Shown here: one piece after another, positions 1-12,624 of the stretch
Position numbering within the stretch: position 1 is the first letter of the stretch
Layout of the letters: every line of letters begins with the position of its first letter
From: Octopus vulgaris
Lineage: Eukaryota
Assembly (NCBI GenBank): GCA_951406725.2
Contig: OX597815.1
Span: 98,022,001-98,086,000, forward strand
DNA length: 64,000 bases
Reading direction: 5' to 3'
Made by a program: the position numbers and the translations under genes
Notes under the pieces: model-generated
Seen by the model: only the letters and a program-made list of their open reading frames with translations
What the model was told of the DNA's origin: nothing
The model's database searches: none

Positions 1-1090
1 CCTTTAGGAAGAAAGCGGTGCTTACCATTTCCCAACGACTATTTTTAAATCTATTTTTATGATTCATATTTTTACTTGAAGTATTGTAATACATCTTTGA
101 AGTTGCTGTTAGCAAGGGCATTAATATAGTAGTGGGCTGCATAATCAAATACTTCTTTGGAAGAAGAGAAATTATATATCCTATTACTAATGTTAGCTAT
201 AAGGCTTTTATACGCTACAGAGGGTGACAGGATTGATTGCATATATAGGAGAGTTTCTTGTTTGGAATATGGTACAGCGTATAAGAGCGGGAGTTTAGAT
301 CTAGGAAAACAGCTTTGATATATTAGTATCAACAGTGACTGCGCGGTCTAATTGGGTAAAGGTATCAATGAGTTTTTTACAAAACTTATCGAGAGTGTAA
401 CCGATACAGCCAGCAAATATTCCCAACGCATCGTCTCGGTATAAACCAACATCGTGGGATGAGAACTTGGTTCGCAGTGTATTTAATATAAAGAAAAGTA
501 CAAAATCGCAAATACCCGCAGTCATACGATCCCCTCGATACATCAAACAATTTATATGTATCTGCTGTATCGAATTTTTTAACCCAGGCTCAGCCCTAAC
601 AAAATAGAAGTGCTTTTCTCGCATGCATGATGAAGTCCAGGTCTATGTGATTTATATCAACATGATTTTGCGAGCTCAATAAGCCTTATAAGACAGCTAT
701 CTCGATACTGAGGGATGAAAATCTATTTTATTAAACTGTAAATCTGGCCCTGTGTTTATCTTTCAAATTCCCAAAGCAATTCATTGCAGTGCTGTTATTA
801 TTCCATTTCTGTAGTATAGTAATCTCTCAAATTCTGATTTTAATATTCCTTAGTATTTGGGGTTGCAAAACCGATTTTAGTCCTAGCTGGGTTTAAGAGT
901 CTACAAGTGGGCTTATAACTGAAATTAGGTGTGTGATCTTTTAGAGCAATGATAGTTTCGCTTTCCAGTTTTTGTATCAACCTTTTTATCGTGTTTATTT
1001 TCTTGTGATTTCTCTTGTACCAGTATCCTGATTTGCAAGTTGGAAAGATTATGAGCTCAGAGCCCAAAGATTGCTTGGAGACACAAATTG
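1..1090 (-). mobile_element. Degenerate Penelope-like element (PLE) reverse transcriptase fragment
   Basis: Broken minus-strand frames give 'ALKDHTPNFSYKPTCRLLNPARTKIG' and 'DVGLYRDDALGIF' (YRDD catalytic motif). These recall RTs of C-terminal GIY-YIG PLEs of aquatic invertebrates. Multiple stops and frameshifts. Confidence 0.75.
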
Positions 1091-1249
1091 TGTTATAAAA
1101 ACTTATCGAGACACGCGTCTCCAGAGCAAGTAACTATTAGTAGCCCGTATCTTTATACTATATGCATTATATATATATGTGTGTGTGTATGTTTGTGTAT
1201 GTGCGTGTACACACACACAGACATATATATATATATACACATATAATTG

Positions 1250-1738
1250 ATATAGGATAAAAAAATTTTTTCGGGAAAAAAATTTTATCAATGGCCAGCA
1301 TATCAAAAAATGCCTTTAAAGGTAAAATTTATACATAATTTACAAGATAAAGGCAGAAGAAAAATTCTAATGCCAGATACGCCGAAACAAAAAAAAAAAT
1401 TGTCGATAACCATTAAATTTATGCGTCTCGAAACAAACCGATAGAAATCTAAAAAATTCGTTATTACCGTATTGGTCCAATTTCGGGGTTAATTCACAAG
1501 AAATTTTCCCCTCTTCAGCAGCACATACGCGAGATATAAATGAAATACTTATTCATATCCACGGAAGAAGCAAGCACCAAGTCCCGAGCAGACTTAAGTA
1601 CCCCAAATATATCCAAATGGAAAAATCTTAGGCGCACCTCGAGACACGTGTGATTCGAACTAGAAACTTTCACAGAATTTTTTTGTTTCGGCGTATCTGG
1701 CATTAGAATTTTTCTTTTGCCCTTATCTTGTAAATTAT
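1250..1738 (-). mobile_element. Short non-coding PLE-type pLTR element: inverted repeat, internal hammerhead and one-sided tail, between TA tracts
   Basis: About 60-bp inverted repeat (1335-1395 vs 1678-1738, ataatttacaagataa..ggca.aagaaaaattctaatgccagatacgccgaaacaaaa). Hammerhead at 1465-1523. Extra ~85-bp tail on the left only. TA-rich microsatellite on both sides. Confidence 0.7.
1465..1523 (-). ncRNA. Minimal type I hammerhead ribozyme
   Basis: Minus strand: ugcug CUGAAGA gggg-(19 nt)-cccc GAAA uuggaccaa UA cggua. Core intact, 4-bp stem II, near-palindromic stem III, stem I with G-U pairs. Confidence 0.8.
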
Positions 1739-2095
1739 ATATATATATATATATATATATCAGTTTATGTATTTATATATGTGTTTGTGCGTATGTGCGT
1801 GCGCGCGCTTGTCTTTTGTCTTTAGATAGCTGAAAAGTGTTGGTACGATAGCAATGGTTTCATACCAGTAATTCGCAATTATTCAATGGTAGTTTTAATA
1901 AAACCGGTAGTTCAAACGTTTTCGTTACGCTTAAGTTCACTCCACTTACAAATATAGCTGAATCGTAAGTATTATTCAAGCTTCCATTGTAAACTTTCGC
2001 ATCGTGTTGACTGAATTCAACTGTTAAATGAAACTATTCACCCACTTACGTAGTGTTGAGTACTACAATATATATATGAATGTTTGTGGTGTATT

Positions 2096-2128
<33 letters not shown>

Positions 2129-2430
2129 ATCTCTGTCTCAGTGTGTGAGTGCGTGCAATGTTTAGCTTCAAACCTTTTAAGGATGTTCAATACTTGACCA
2201 ATCTTTAAATAGACAATTTATTTAATATATAGATTCTTAAAGACTCATAAAACACAGTTTTCTGGTCTCTCATGACCATCATTTGTTTAATTTCATTTCA
2301 ATATATTTTCTCATCTGATACTATTTTCATATTTTCTTTAGATTTAATATTTGATTTGTGAATAATTCTTTTGGATTATATTGATTAACACTGATAGTCG
2401 TCGTTCTTTTTTTCAATATATGAATTTATG

Positions 2431-2463
<33 letters not shown>

Positions 2464-2486
2464 TTGTGTGTCTGTGTGCATGTATG

Positions 2487-2528
<42 letters not shown>

Positions 2529-2532
<4 letters not shown>

Positions 2533-2642
2533 CGTATATTTGCCATTTGAATATGGCTAACACCTAAGGGTAAATGCTACTGTAGTTTGTAGCCCCAGGA
2601 GGATACCTCCTCCAGCTGGCTATAGACACACTTTCTGTGCTC
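2529..2642 (+). mobile_element. Truncated copy of the inverted-repeat element at 57372-57700, inside (TA)n
   Basis: Near-identical to 57372-57481 (acgtatatttgccattt.aatatggctaa...tgtagtttgtagccccaggagga.acctcctccagct.gctatagacacactttctgtgc). Confidence 0.85.
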
Positions 2643-2650
2643 TGAGATTT

Positions 2651-2704
<54 letters not shown>

Positions 2705-2730
2705 TACATATGTATATACACACATATATG

Positions 2731-2774
<44 letters not shown>

Positions 2775-2925
2775 AATACACACGCACACACACACATACT
2801 TGCTATTGATATTATAATGTTCTTTAATGTGCAGATTATGTCGTATAGGATGTTCCCTTATGCGTATATGTATAGCTGGTTACATACATATATACATACA
2901 CACACATACACATATGAACATATAT

Positions 2926-2995
<70 letters not shown>

Positions 2996-3010
2996 ATATA
3001 TATGTGTGTT

Positions 3011-3047
<37 letters not shown>

Positions 3048-4099
3048 ATGTATATGTCCATTTGTGTATGTGTGTGTATCTAATTTCTTTGTGCAAACTT
3101 CTATTCATCTAAATTCTTCCCTTCTGGGCCTCGTTATACATCTATAAGTACCTTTGTTGCCATCCATCGCATAGGAATTTTTACCCTATATTCTCTTATT
3201 CTATTCAATTCTAAATTCTTTCGGCTACATTAAGGAAGCCTCTATTTTAAAGTAGTATTCCCACTCCATTTTTCACTATAAATTCTATAAGCTGCTCCAC
3301 ATACTTCTTTCGTTTGAACAGTTCCAACCTACTGAAACATACGGTTATCGAGTGCAAAGCAGTTAAACTTTATGCTAAATGAATGTAGCTTCATACATAA
3401 ATACGTACCTACCTAATTACCTACCTACCTACCTACATACATACATACATACATATATACATACATACAATATGATGGCTACAAACACGTGTTTGAGTAT
3501 TGCCATCGCCTGATCGAAAGTCTCACTCATACGAAGTTTACGACAAGCCTTTTTTGTAATAGGGTTTTTTTTCAAGCGATTCCTGTACATGATTTGTTTT
3601 TTTTATATAGTGGGGGATAGAATTACACAAATCCAATCCTACTCTCTGAACATAGACAACGTAAACTCGAAAAGAACTAGTCTGCATCATTGAATATTGT
3701 CAGTCGCAGGTTTTCTCTGAGAGTTTTTATCTCCTAGAGAAATGTTGTGACATCAGAAAGGCTTCTCACTCCCAATGGTCTAACCGCGTACCTGTACACC
3801 AACCCAGGTATTTCCACGTCTACGTGCATACATATATGCATACATACACGTGTACACATATTGCTGGATGGCCGTTGACTGCTTATGAACCCTTTGACAG
3901 GTCTTATTTTCATCCTGCAGGGTGTCCGACATTCCCCCTCCTCACCAAGCAAGCTTAATAATGTTGCCAGTTTAGTCGCTGATGATTCAAGAGGCTGTAC
4001 GGGGTTACATGTTACTAGGAGCTCCAAAGAGCGATCTGAAATACATGCATACATACATACACACATACATACATACATACATACATACATACATACATA

Positions 4100-4236
4100 C
4101 ATGAGTCTGCAGAAAAGTTCATAGGCTGACTAACATACTCTCATGGAATGAGACCAAATGAAGTTTATTTTATTAACATGCACCCCGTGGCGGTCAACAC
4201 ACTTTTTGCAGCAGTATTGCAGTATTTGTATCCCAT
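4100..4236. mobile_element. Possible end of a non-autonomous mariner-type DNA transposon
   Basis: Starts catgagtctgcagaaaagttc, resembling recalled TACGAGG..CTG..AAAAGTT mariner TIRs. No partner TIR seen. Confidence 0.3.
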
Positions 4237-5018
4237 TGCAGACTTTGTGGAAATAACACAGAAGATGTCACCAACATCATAAGCAGTGCCTGAAAATATC
4301 CTCACGGTACTATCTACCGATAAGACATGATGCAGTAGCCAGAACACGTATAATGAGATCCGTCGGATGAATAACCTCAAGGACAAAGAGATAAGAACTC
4401 TCAGTATGGTAGAAGCTATAGGCATACATAATAAAAAGAGTACTAGTGGAATGTCCCAGTACAAACCTCAATAAAATATAAACACAGCAGATCTGATATA
4501 ATGATTTGGGACAGAGAATAGAAGCTGCGTACTGTTGTGGAAATGAACTTCCCAGCGGATGTTAATATAAAGCCAAAGATCAGCGAAAAAGAGAATACCT
4601 ACGCTGAACTATTAAGAAATTTGCAATTACTCTACCCAGATTACAAGTTCAGGTTTATACCTGTAATTATTGGGTCCCTGGGATATGTTACATACTGCCT
4701 AAATACCAATCTTGAGAAATTAGGCGACTCAAAACCAGAAAAGAGAAATCTGATTCGAAGACTCCAGATTCAAGTCATTACTGGAACTGTAAACATTTGT
4801 AAAACTTTCCAGAAGTGTATCTTTTAACCATGTATGAGCATGTCTGTATATGCATGAAAATACATTCATAAGACAAAACATACAAATCAGCATGTATACA
4901 TACCTCCAATTAAGATGCCCTGTTGATGTTGAAATTCGAATGAAGGGGCCTTGGATCTAGGTTACAAAACGAGTCTTTCTCTATTGGTAATAAATCTTGA
5001 AATAAAACTGAATAATGA
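4236..5018 (+). mobile_element. 5'-truncated non-LTR retrotransposon with restriction-like endonuclease (R4/Dong-like group), ending in (CATA)n
   Basis: CRLCG..EDVTNIISS zinc-knuckle remnant, RYYLPIRHD, 'DLI.IWDRE..L.TVVE', 'FIPVIIGSLG', 'ITGTVNICKTF'. 3' UTR matches 56060-56402. Confidence 0.85.
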
Positions 5019-6029
5019 CATACATGCATACACACCCACATACACACACACACATACAAACATACATACATACATACGTACGTACATACAAACATACATA
5101 CATAGGCTGGGCTACCCTAACTAAACAGAAGCTTGGAGGAGAATCAGACTTAATACCAACAAAAGCAATGCATGGGTACATATCCCTTAAGCTGAGGACA
5201 ACAGCTTATGTAGCCTCTCCTAGAACAGCAATAGATACACTACATCCTACTTAGAAGGATATGCATTCACTATGCAGGAACAGGAGATTGTTACTAATTA
5301 TCTGATAAACAAGTGAGATAGCGATACAACCAAATCTCCACATTGTGATAAAAGATGACAACCTGCCCTTGAGGCATGCTATAAGTGCAAAGACTATTTA
5401 CAATGCTAGCAGGTATTCACACCTTTAAAAACAAAGAATACTGGGAAATCAACCCAATAAAAACATCAATTCAGTGCAAAAGAACTGATATTTTTTTCTG
5501 TTGTACAGGAAACAAAAGTTAAGCGCTTTGTTGCGGTCAGCCGCCAAACAGATGTGAATATACAATCAAAAGTCTAGGAAAAAGAGAATATTCATGGCGA
5601 ATTAAGGTTATGTACCAAAAAATTTGCACAAAAACCTAGAAATACTCGGTTCCACGTAAAAAGGCCAACAGAAACTGACGCGGATTCTCCAAATCAAATC
5701 TATTAGCGTCGCACTGAAGATTTGTAAGACATTCCAAAAATTCTCCATGTGAGATTCTTATGTGAATAGATTCACTTGGGTGTATGCATCGGCAGTTCAA
5801 CCAACACACCAACTCAACAACATATTTACAAACACCGGGAACTCTCTTAACTGAAAACATCTTGTTTTGTTAGCGACCGGCTTAAATTCTCTCGAGAACT
5901 TAAACGCTAAGAAATAAAACATATATACATACATCTGCCTATCTATCTATTCATCTGAACAAACAACTGGGAAGAAAAAAAACTGATTATGTGTTGCACA
6001 ACTGTTGATCAACAAAAACTGATTTAGTT

Positions 6030-6390
6030 GGTACGTCACCATAGAATGAACTTGGTCACAGCCCGGCTGAATTGTCAGAAAGTATATGCCTCGATTCCTC
6101 ATTCTTGAATGCTAGTGTTTCACCAATTTGCTAACGTTTCAAATGCTATTATCAAAGCCAAAGACAATCTAACTTCATGCTGGATACTATCTTCAAATTA
6201 TATAGAGGAAGTGTTTCTACTCTCACTATTAGGAGATAGCGTCACAAAAGTATATTACATAGAGGCAGTATCTCTGTGAAGCTGTTTAAACTTTCAGTGA
6301 CCACACTATCCTTCTTACTAAAGAAGTCTAAGGGACATGTAATTGACCTACAGAAAAGGAGAAGTGGTAACTATAGACGTTGCGTTAATA
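6030..6390 (+). mobile_element. Possible Gypsy-type integrase C-terminal remnant
   Basis: 'NELGHSPAEL' resembles the D/ELGxSPAELVYG motif. Heavily decayed. Confidence 0.3.
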
Positions 6391-6924
6391 AATACGATCT
6401 AAAAATATATACCAGGAACATGGATGGTATGAAGGAAAGCCTTTGTCTACTTACGACATTCCCAAAGCATTTTGACTGTCCGTGATAAATATCCTTGCAT
6501 CGTAATAAAATACAAAGGGCTGCAATCTTCTCTGTTGATGTTAGTATTAATGGCCTTATTGTGGAGGATATTACGGGTACTTAGAAATACATAAAGTATT
6601 TCCTATGAAGAAGCCTGTAAGAAGTGTGCTTCCAGTGAATATAATATCAGGATAAAGAAAAATGCAGAACAGAATTTTTCGCAAGTAATAACACGACAAA
6701 TGTATTTGTCCAACAAATGTATTTGTCTAACAAATATATTTGTCCAACCAATGTTCATACCAACATTTAGACTACTCGATTGGACTCAAGATGAGAATTA
6801 TGGATGTTAAAATATCGATATTGTTAACACACACTAGGAATTTTCAAATCAACAGTGATCTAGAGCATATCTAGGTAAAATAAAAACTAATACACACATA
6901 AACATATTTATATACGTAGAAAAA

Positions 6925-7255
6925 ATCAGGCACTCCGTCGGTTACGACGACGAGGGTTCCAGCGAATCCTATCAATGGAACAGCTCGCTCGTGAAATTAA
7001 CTTGCAAGTGGCTGTGTACTCCACAGATATGCGTACAATTAACGTAGTTGTTAGAGAGATTCAGCGTGACACAGAATGTGACAAGACTGGCAATTTGAAA
7101 TATTGATACAACGGTTTTTTTCTTGCCAAGTTAGTTGACTGGAGCAACGTGAAATAAAATGTGTGGCTCAAAGACACAACGCATCACCGGGTATCGAACT
7201 CACGACAATAAGATCGTGATTTGAATGCCCCTAACTACGAAGCCACTCGCCTTCA
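6925..7255 (-). mobile_element. tRNA-derived SINE (family C)
   Basis: Minus strand begins gtgaaggcgagtggcttcgtagttagg (A box) ... gagttcgatacc (B box), then a CORE-like gtgtctttgagc.. segment. Abuts (CATA)n. Confidence 0.75.
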
Positions 7256-7279
7256 CATGCACATACATACATACATACA

Positions 7280-7310
<31 letters not shown>

Positions 7311-7884
7311 TCTCTAAAGTGCAATGAGTCTTCTTTCCACGCAGCTTGCCGTGCTTCTACCAATAAAGAACACAATCATGTATCGGTGAGAAATTCCCAA
7401 AATATAACAATCCATTCATCCATCTATATATGTATAAATGATGTGTGTGCATGTATGTGTGTGTGTGTGACTGTTTGGTTTGTAATGCATTTAAAAGCTT
7501 CCAAGTTTTTAACTAGCCAATATGCTTGCTATATAATTCTTTTGTTTCATTTTAAATTTATTTTCTGTTCTATTGCGATAATCACTTGTTTAAATATATT
7601 TTATCTTCTGCTTATTTAAAAATTTTCTTCTAGGTTTATAAATAATTTATTTCTCGCTTTCATTAGTTTTATTTGTATATGTTTGGACGGTATTGATTTA
7701 TCTTTTAAATTTCATTTTCTTCATTATAATTATTGTTGCTCTTGTTACTATCGTCATTTCCTTCTTGTATTGTAATTGGTTATTTCTTAATTATCAGATG
7801 GTTTTTTTAGATTGAATGCACACATACATACATACATACATAAATACATACATACATACATACATACATACATACATACATACA

Positions 7885-7920
<36 letters not shown>

Positions 7921-8812
7921 TGTATATATATATATGGGAGGGGGGACGGTGTATAGTGCAATTACACACAACAGTAGTCAAGAAATAGTGAATAAATGAA
8001 AATTTTAAAATCCGTAATTTTTTGTGCGTGTGTACGTGTGAGCAAATATATGCATAAATACAGGTGAATCCAGTACTTTAAGTTGCTCAAATTCTTAAGC
8101 CTGATTTAGCAGTTTATAGGCGAGTGAAATTTCATATTCTAAACTTCGATCTCTTGCGACTATACTCACTAAATTAAAAGTTTTGGAGAGTAATAACCGT
8201 ATTCAAATTCGGAGCTGGAGTTCCTAGGATATTCCACAGTTGTCTTCAAAACAAAAAGGTAAGGACATAGAACTGTCTCTCTCAGTACGGCTAAAGGCGA
8301 AGAAAGTGAAATGACTACTTTAACAAAAGTTTAATACACCATAACAAGTACACCCAGGAAATCTCAGTGGGAATGCCGGTTTAGTTACTGACGACCCAAC
8401 CATGGAACAGGTTGTACAGCATTCAATGTTACCAATAGCCCTCTTGAGAGACTTCACTAGTGACCTAACCAAGATTTCAAGATATTATCAACATTCGGGA
8501 TTGCTTGACAGTCATTGCTTACAACTCTAAACCACCCTTCCAAATCACACCACTTACATCAGGTTTGATCCACCCCGTATGTTGCATGCACTACAATTTC
8601 TTTACATTACGTTCCCCCAAACAGTACACTGTGTCTTCCTATCTCAAAATCGTTTGATATCACGACCATATTCGCATTTGGATACGCGGGAACATCCACC
8701 TTATTCTCTGATTATACAAAAACTACATGCAGCTTCACGTTAAATCCAGTATTTACTTTCCCAGTAATTAAGTTTCCGAAACATAAATAAATAATCATCT
8801 CCCCACTCAAGG

Positions 8813-9235
8813 GGATAAGCTGGCAGAATAGTTTACAAGTCGGAAAAAATGGCATTTCGACCGTCTATATGTTTTGGGTTCAAATTCCACCGAGTTCAAC
8901 TTTACAATTCATCCTTCGGGATCGATAAAATAAGTTGTAGCTGAGCACTAGGGAGGAGGTAATTGACTTATCCCCTCCCTTGAAATTGCTATCCTTGTTC
9001 AAAAATTTGAAAACCAATATATTAAGAGGGCGGCGAGCCGGCAGAATCGCTGATACGCTGGGAAAAATGCTTAGCGGCATTACGTCCGTCTTTACATTCA
9101 AATTCCGCCGTGGTCAACTTTGTGTTTCATCTTTTCATAGTTGATAAATTAAGCACCAATTGAAAACTGGAGTCGATGTGATCGGCTTTAGCTCTCCCCC
9201 GAAATTGGTGACCTAGTACAAAAATGTGAAACCAA
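8813..9235 (+). mobile_element. Two tandem tRNA-derived SINEs (family A)
   Basis: Each has a gagc[t/c]ggcagaat.g head, ttcaaattcc B box and tcatc[c/t]tt....tcgataaa.taag body. About 8813-9020 and 9027-9235. Confidence 0.85.
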
Positions 9236-10040
9236 TAACCATTTCCACAACTAACTCTTGTCATTGGCAACCAACTAATCGCACTTATTCAAGTATAATA
9301 GCCAAACTGGTCCAGATTTCGATCATGTGCAATTTCCTCCGCAAGTGCACTTCAACACGACATCTAATTCACTTACATTAACACAACTGAAAATCATCAC
9401 ATCTTGTCGCTGAACATCACCTAACTCTAAAACAACTGCCATTGACACACCAGAAGCATCACACCATATGATCATGAACATTTTTCAGATTTAAGCACGT
9501 ACTTCTTCAAAAATATTTTTTCTAGATTCTTAAGCAAAATAAGCTGTTAGAAAAAAATTACCGTCATTCGTAAAAATGAAAGAAGTTAATAATGATATAC
9601 TTTTACATGTGTGGTGTGCATCTGTGTATACATACATACATACATGCATACATATATATACACATACGTACATATGCATTTATATGCACAATCTCATATT
9701 CTCTCTCATGCACACGCACACGCAAACATGCACATGTACACAAACACATATTGCACTCCTACATACGTACTTTCGAAGATAAGTCAAATAAAGATAGTTT
9801 TATTTTCTGACTGACCCTCATATACATATACGCATGCACAAATACATGCCCGTTAATTTGATATATATATATATACACACACGGACATATATATATGTAT
9901 ACACACACACACATATATATATATATACAAATATATATACATACAGACAAATATGTATATACACATATACACATGCATATACACACACAAACATATGTAT
10001 GCATACATATATATATATACATATATATATATACATATAC

Positions 10041-10096
<56 letters not shown>

Positions 10097-10140
10097 TTAT
10101 ATATATGTATATATATATGTGTTTACACACACACACACAC

Positions 10141-10183
<43 letters not shown>

Positions 10184-10197
10184 CAAACACACACACA

Positions 10198-10235
<38 letters not shown>

Positions 10236-11169
10236 TATACAAATACACAAGCGCAAAGAGGCACGCACACACACACACACACACACATGTTTGCAACTAT
10301 GTTTGTTTTTGTTTTTTACACATATCATCTTTCAGTGTAAGTGTATCTTATGTGTACTTGCTAAATATTTCACCCAGCGGTTTTTATCATTCTTTTTTTT
10401 TTCCAGCTTTTTTTTGCATCATCCTATCACTTCAATCATTTCTCACAATTTTGCTACTGCTGCACCTGTGTTGAACTTTCTCATTCGTGTCAGTTTACAC
10501 AGTAGTCAATAGACCGCCAAGTAAAATTATTCTACATCTTTTCCATTGCTTTGATTTGCCATTTATTTTTACGTCGTTCCTGGTAACGTGATTTCGTCTT
10601 CATGTAGACACTTTGTAATGCCCAAGGAATCCTTTCCTTTTCGCTATCTATAACAGCATATTCTCTGTGATTTAATAAGATATTTTGTCTCAGGTATTAT
10701 TTAAATTAATTTATTTCAATATTCCATTTATTTTTCACTTAATTATAGATTGTAAAATGTCTACTTTTATTTTGCTTCGTTTGCTATATTTGCTTTCTAC
10801 GTATTTTGCTGGGTTTTTGATATCTTTGTATGAACATCCATGAGAAAATACTTATTTTTCCTTAGGATTTCTGTTACTGTTGCATGTTTTATTTTATTTA
10901 TCTTGGTCATATTGATGCCCGTATCTGTTTTTACTAAGACAAAGATGACCAGCTTATTTTTCTTTCTTATTTGCAGATAGGTTTTATCACTGTCGGTGCA
11001 TTTAGTGCATTTATATGAATATCTCCTTTTTGGTTAAATATTTTTATTTCCTCTTTTGAATCATTGTCTTATCTAAAATTTCCACTTTTACAATCTTCTA
11101 TCTATAAATATTTCTCATATTCATACCTATCCATATTTTCCTTTGTGTGTTTTTGGTTAGGTTTCTGTT

Positions 11170-11365
11170 GCTCGAGCTGGTAGAATCGTTAGCCCTCCGA
11201 GCAAAATGCTTAGCGGTATTTCGTCTGTTTTACGCACTGAGTTCAAATGCCGCCGCGGTCGACTTTGCCAATCGTCCTTTCGGAGTCTATAACATAAGTA
11301 CCACTGCGGACGATCTAATCGACTTATCCCCGAACTTGCTGGCCTTGTGCCAAACTTGAAAGCAA
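11170..11365 (+). mobile_element. SINE family A
   Basis: gagctggtagaatcgttagc...gagttcaaatgccgccgcggtcgactttgcc. Confidence 0.85.
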
Positions 11366-12624
11366 TAGTTATAGCTGAAATGATTCATTTTTGTTTTAAG
11401 ATTTTTGTTCCTTGGGGGCATTTCCTACACGTATTTTGTCTTCTTTTATGTATTATATTTCTATAAGTGATTTCATGAAAATGTACCTTCAAAAATTAAT
11501 GACTTCATTGGGATTCAAAGGAACTCTCAGATCAGAGTTGGCTTCTCTTTCTTCAATTATTTTGTTGTAGTCTTGGCTTCGAGTAGAAAGTATTTGAGAT
11601 ATATTCGTGTACGATGGAACAGTATTTTTTTCCCATTCACAACGACATTTCTAATGTATCTGGGATATTTAAGATTGGAAGTCTGACCATATATTCAAAT
11701 ATCATCAGTTCACCGTGGATTGTATCATCTGATTCTGGTGATGCGGGATATTACACGCTTCATTTTCACTCTCGGACTGTCAAATACAATGAAAGCCTTC
11801 TCTTCGGGCTAAAAAATATGTTATTCACTAGTATTGCTTGTTGCAGGTTTTATTGTATTGTTATTGTTAAGCCACCCATTGACCACGGTTGAACAGCTTT
11901 ATGATGAGCTGGAGTCAGTGTAAGTCGTGCTTATCGATAAACTCTCCTTTTACACTTCTACATCTTATATCCAAGGCTAATCATCCAATGTGCAAGTCGT
12001 TTTTTTTTAAGATACCACTGTTTAATTTAAGGTCAAACACATGCATAGATAATCTCTTTTACTATTTTGGCTGTTGTTTCCTAGTTGTTATTATTAATGT
12101 AGCTATTATCGTTATTGATGTTGCCAGTTTTATTATAACTGTTGTTAACACTATTGAGTATCCCTCTCCCACAAAATTCCAGGCGTTGTGCCTATAGTAG
12201 AAGGATTCTTATTGCTATTGGCGGCAAGACTGATGAGACTAAATGGATCAACTCTGAATATACTTTTCTAAGTAAGTGGTAAGAAACTGGAAAACGGCAC
12301 TTTTCTATGCCTTGGAGATGGCAGAGTAATCTGGGACTGCCCCGCTATTGGGGTCCTAATTATTTATTTATTTATTTATTTATTATTTCTCTCACTTCTG
12401 TTATATATCATTTATTATATCTTTTAATGTGTTATTGTATCTCTTTGATCGGCGTAAGCTCCCCGCACCAGTTTTTATTTTTGCTTTTACTTTTGCTTTT
12501 GTGTGTCGTAACTTGTCCTTTGATATCGTCCTCCATGACTTGGGCCCTTGTTGCCAATAAAAGAAATCATTATGATCATCATCGTCGTCGATATCATCAT
12601 TAACATCATCATTATTATCTTCAT

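Noticed and set aside
3973-4045. CTGATGA ... GAAA as a hammerhead, or an HDV-like fold on the minus strand
   Set aside because: No stem II at the core, no stem I partner and no P1.1/P3 pattern could be built.
5600-5910. Possible GIY-YIG remnant (CIGSSTNT..KHR)
   Set aside because: Single weak motif; insufficient to annotate.
6696-6752. Three 17-bp tandem repeats (acaaatgtatttgtcca)
   Set aside because: Real but a trivial slippage duplication with no sign of function.
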